Of a stretch of DNA of 64,000 bases, positions 61,186 through 64,000 are shown in pieces. Below the pieces are notes generated by a model, which ran no database searches, was not told where the DNA came from, and saw only the letters and a program-made list of their open reading frames with translations. The DNA comes from a virus (Duplodnaviria > Caudoviricetes). Location of the stretch: IMG/VR virus record IMGVR_UViG_3300020050_009224, positions 34,185 through 98,184 of that record; one strand, given 5' to 3'. Numbering within the stretch: position 1 is the first letter of the stretch; every line of letters begins with the position of its first letter. A program made the position numbers and the translations under genes.

Positions 61186-64000
61186 TTATAATTGACAACT
61201 TAATTTCCATCTTCCACTTCTAACTTGTTCAGCTAAGAAATTTAAACCTCCAGCATCTATATATTCAAATTCTTTCATAGACCCTCTTAACATTTCTTTA
61301 ATTTCATCTATGGTAGAAGTATTTAAACTTATATCAGAATCAATAGATACTTTATCTAATTCTTTCTGATTAATAGCTTTAATTTGGTACTGATTCAAAG
61401 TAGTTTTAGCTTTAGTTTTAACAGTCTTTTTATTGTAATATTTATACTTTCCAGTTTTAGACAAATATACATCATCTAATTCAGTTAATCTAGAGTTAGC
61501 TTGTATTAATTCAGTTCCATAATCTTTAATATTAGCATTTAAAATATCTAGAGCCGCTAATTTAAAAGGTTCTTTGTAAATACCAGCTACAAATTTACCT
61601 AAAAATCTCATTAAACTATCCCACCAAACTTGAAGGGCTGAATCTTTAGACTTCTTTTCAACTAATTCTTTAAGATTATTTCTAAGAACTTTACCTATAG
61701 CTTCAAATCTAATTTCTTTTTCTTCAGTTAATTCTGGATAATCTTTCTTAACTTCTTCATATTCAGCATATTGAGTAACTCTTTTTTCCATAGCTTTATA
61801 TAGAGGATGTTCAAATCCTAACATGGCTGTGAAAATGTGTGCTACTTCCTCTGCCCTATTATCAAATGTATCTCTACCTGAGACTATGTTAATAACCTTT
61901 TGAATACCTTTTGCAGTTTTAATAGTTCTAGCTTCTGCACTAAGACTAGGATTAATATTACCCTCTCTATCCTTCAAATAAGGCACTAAGTTAACATCAA
62001 TATTAGCAGCTTCTATAAACTTATCTAAAGATTTATTAAGGTCTTTATCTTGCGGGATTTCAAGTTCTTCGGATTTAGAAACATTGTTAGATCTAGTGTT
62101 TTTAGATTTAACTTCAATAGGATCATACATGTTCTCATTTTCAAGTGAAAATAAACCGCTATTAGTAACAGATTTAGCTTGAATAGGTTCAAAGAAAATT
62201 ACATGAGTTTCACCATTTTTATGAGAAAATCCAGCTCCGGTACTTCCACCCCTAGTCATGTGTACCATACCATCAATTCCTATTTGATATAATCTAGCTG
62301 ATACTTCTTTATCAGTTAAATGTAATTGATCTCTAATAAATCTGTAAATATCTTTACCTGTTCTACCGTATCCTATATTTATCTTAAATTCTTTTTCTAT
62401 ATCATTTTTATTTTCAGCAGTTGTAGATCTGTTTGTATAAAGAGGATTAGTTAAACTTATGTATAAAGCTTTAGTTTCAGTTAATCCTAACAAACTTAAT
62501 AATTTTGTTTGATAAGCTTGAGATTCAGGATCTATAGATGCTCCCATTAACATAGCTATAATACTATCTTCATTAACTTCTTGTTTTAATTTATTCAATA
62601 ATTCTAATAAATCGTTATTTTTTTCTTCTAATAACTTTCTGAACAATTTGGTAGCTGCCTTTGCAGTATCTCTATAATTATCAGCAGTAGGTTTAAAATT
62701 AGTAGTATAAAAACCAGCTCCATGAACCATTGCTCCTTCACCAGTTAAGAAATAGTCTTTAGAAAATTTATCAAATGTAGTACCACTACCATGATAAAAT
62801 ATTATAGGCTCTGCATTACTATCTAGTAAAATAGATTGTTTAGAATAAGCCCCTTCAATACTATTAATAATTATAGTAGGTAAATCTTTTCTTGATTTTA
62901 TATTACCATAAAACTTTTTAAAGTTTTCAGAGAAAGTTAAGAAATAAGCTGTTATAGCCTTTTCTTTATTTTTATTAAAATAAGTAAGTAAATCTTTATA
63001 AGTAGAACTATTTTCATAATCAACATTATTAGCTTTAAAATAATTTAAGGCTACTTGATATAAATTTTTATTCCAATAAGTTTCAATTTCACCATATTTT
63101 TTTACATTTTCTTTACTATCATATATATCGCTTCTTTTAGATTGTATAAAATCAAAATTGTAATGTCTTTGGCCTACTACATCTAGGTATTGATTACCTT
63201 GAACTGTATATAAAGAATTATTAAACAAATCTCCATATTCATTCATATCTTCACTAGTCCATGTATTATTTTCTATTTTTTTAGATAATTCTTCAAGTCT
63301 ATTTTGAGTTTGGTTATTAACTATAGTCCAATCTCTTTGAAAAGGAGAAAATCCTGCTAAATCAGTAAGGTGTTTTTTACTACCTATTCTTATTTTAGCA
63401 TCAAAAATATTTTTCCAATACAAATATTTGTTACCATTTATTACTACTATTTTATTAGAATCAGATTCTAATTGGCTAGTAGGCATAAAAAAGTCTACTT
63501 TAACATCGTCTATATTAACAGATAATGTTACACTTCTATTTCCCATAACTCCAGAGTAAGGAGTTGTAAATATAGTTTGAGGATAGAGTTTAACAAGTTC
63601 TTTAATAAAAGTATCTTTTATAGCATAAGGCATAAAGTAATCCAAATCATTAATGGATTCTCTTGATAAAGTACCTTGTTGATTTAAGGCATAACTACCA
63701 CTAGTAATAGCTCCTAATTTTGTTAAATTATCATGAACTTCTTTGTACTTACCGGATAATTCAATTTTAGTATAGTTATTTGAATTAGAAAGATTAAATA
63801 ATCTAGTGTTATTATTTATTACATCATTAGCAATTTGATTAAAAATATTTTCTACAGTTCCTCTTTTGTAAGATTTAAAGAATTTTCTTATTATCTCTGA
63901 CCACCATTTTTTTATTTTTAAAACTAAGTATTCAATTTTATTTTTAGCATTTACATCAGTAGATATAGCTTTATTATCAGTTTCTAAAACTTCATGATGC
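61186..64000 (-). CDS. Large polyvalent virion protein (nucleotidyltransferase, ART-like and zincin-like domains), 5'-truncated
   Basis: Frame stays open to the window end (GAITSGSYAL...NDLDYF); FYHGS...F..F...GEG...GAGFY (ART-PolyVal-like); EEVAHIF...EAIGK zincin-like. Confidence 0.72.
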   Translation of the reverse strand, partial: HHEVLETDNKAISTDVNAKNKIEYLVLKIKKWWSEIIRKFFKSYKRGTVENIFNQIANDVINNNTRLFNLSNSNNYTKIELSGKYKEVHDNLTKLGAITSGSYALNQQGTLSRESINDLDYFMPYAIKDTFIKELVKLYPQTIFTTPYSGVMGNRSVTLSVNIDDVKVDFFMPTSQLESDSNKIVVINGNKYLYWKNIFDAKIRIGSKKHLTDLAGFSPFQRDWTIVNNQTQNRLEELSKKIENNTWTSEDMNEYGDLFNNSLYTVQGNQYLDVVGQRHYNFDFIQSKRSDIYDSKENVKKYGEIETYWNKNLYQVALNYFKANNVDYENSSTYKDLLTYFNKNKEKAITAYFLTFSENFKKFYGNIKSRKDLPTIIINSIEGAYSKQSILLDSNAEPIIFYHGSGTTFDKFSKDYFLTGEGAMVHGAGFYTTNFKPTADNYRDTAKAATKLFRKLLEEKNNDLLELLNKLKQEVNEDSIIAMLMGASIDPESQAYQTKLLSLLGLTETKALYISLTNPLYTNRSTTAENKNDIEKEFKINIGYGRTGKDIYRFIRDQLHLTDKEVSARLYQIGIDGMVHMTRGGSTGAGFSHKNGETHVIFFEPIQAKSVTNSGLFSLENENMYDPIEVKSKNTRSNNVSKSEELEIPQDKDLNKSLDKFIEAANIDVNLVPYLKDREGNINPSLSAEARTIKTAKGIQKVINIVSGRDTFDNRAEEVAHIFTAMLGFEHPLYKAMEKRVTQYAEYEEVKKDYPELTEEKEIRFEAIGKVLRNNLKELVEKKSKDSALQVWWDSLMRFLGKFVAGIYKEPFKLAALDILNANIKDYGTELIQANSRLTELDDVYLSKTGKYKYYNKKTVKTKAKTTLNQYQIKAINQKELDKVSIDSDISLNTSTIDEIKEMLRGSMKEFEYIDAGGLNFLAEQVRSGRWKLSCQL

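Overview
AT-rich segment of a large lytic dsDNA phage, most consistent with a crAss-like (Crassvirales-type) phage of a Bacteroidota host. This assignment rests on a crAss-type terminase/portal, PolA, DnaB-like helicase, primase, rIIA/rIIB-like genes, giant virion proteins and TAnnTTTG promoters; the standard genetic code gives full-length ORFs. Layout: minus-strand packaging module with a tRNA-Met (1-9.9 kb); a plus-strand gene-poor region full of structured RNAs, including one clear twister ribozyme and several twister-like repeats (10-20 kb); small accessory genes (20-33 kb); replication and nucleotide-metabolism genes (33-57 kb); convergent minus-strand giant virion genes (57-64 kb). The most striking signal is a set of 20 small, otherwise diverse proteins that all end in the C-terminal tetrapeptide Y-E-[I/V/L/A/T]-Y (one is C-E-I-Y). 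The tail is encoded with varied synonymous codons, and one member is a 10-aa tag-only ORF. Three ORF-less group I introns were resolved by hand: one in polA, and two in rIIA flanking a 48-nt micro-exon. All family assignments are from motif recognition, not database searches.
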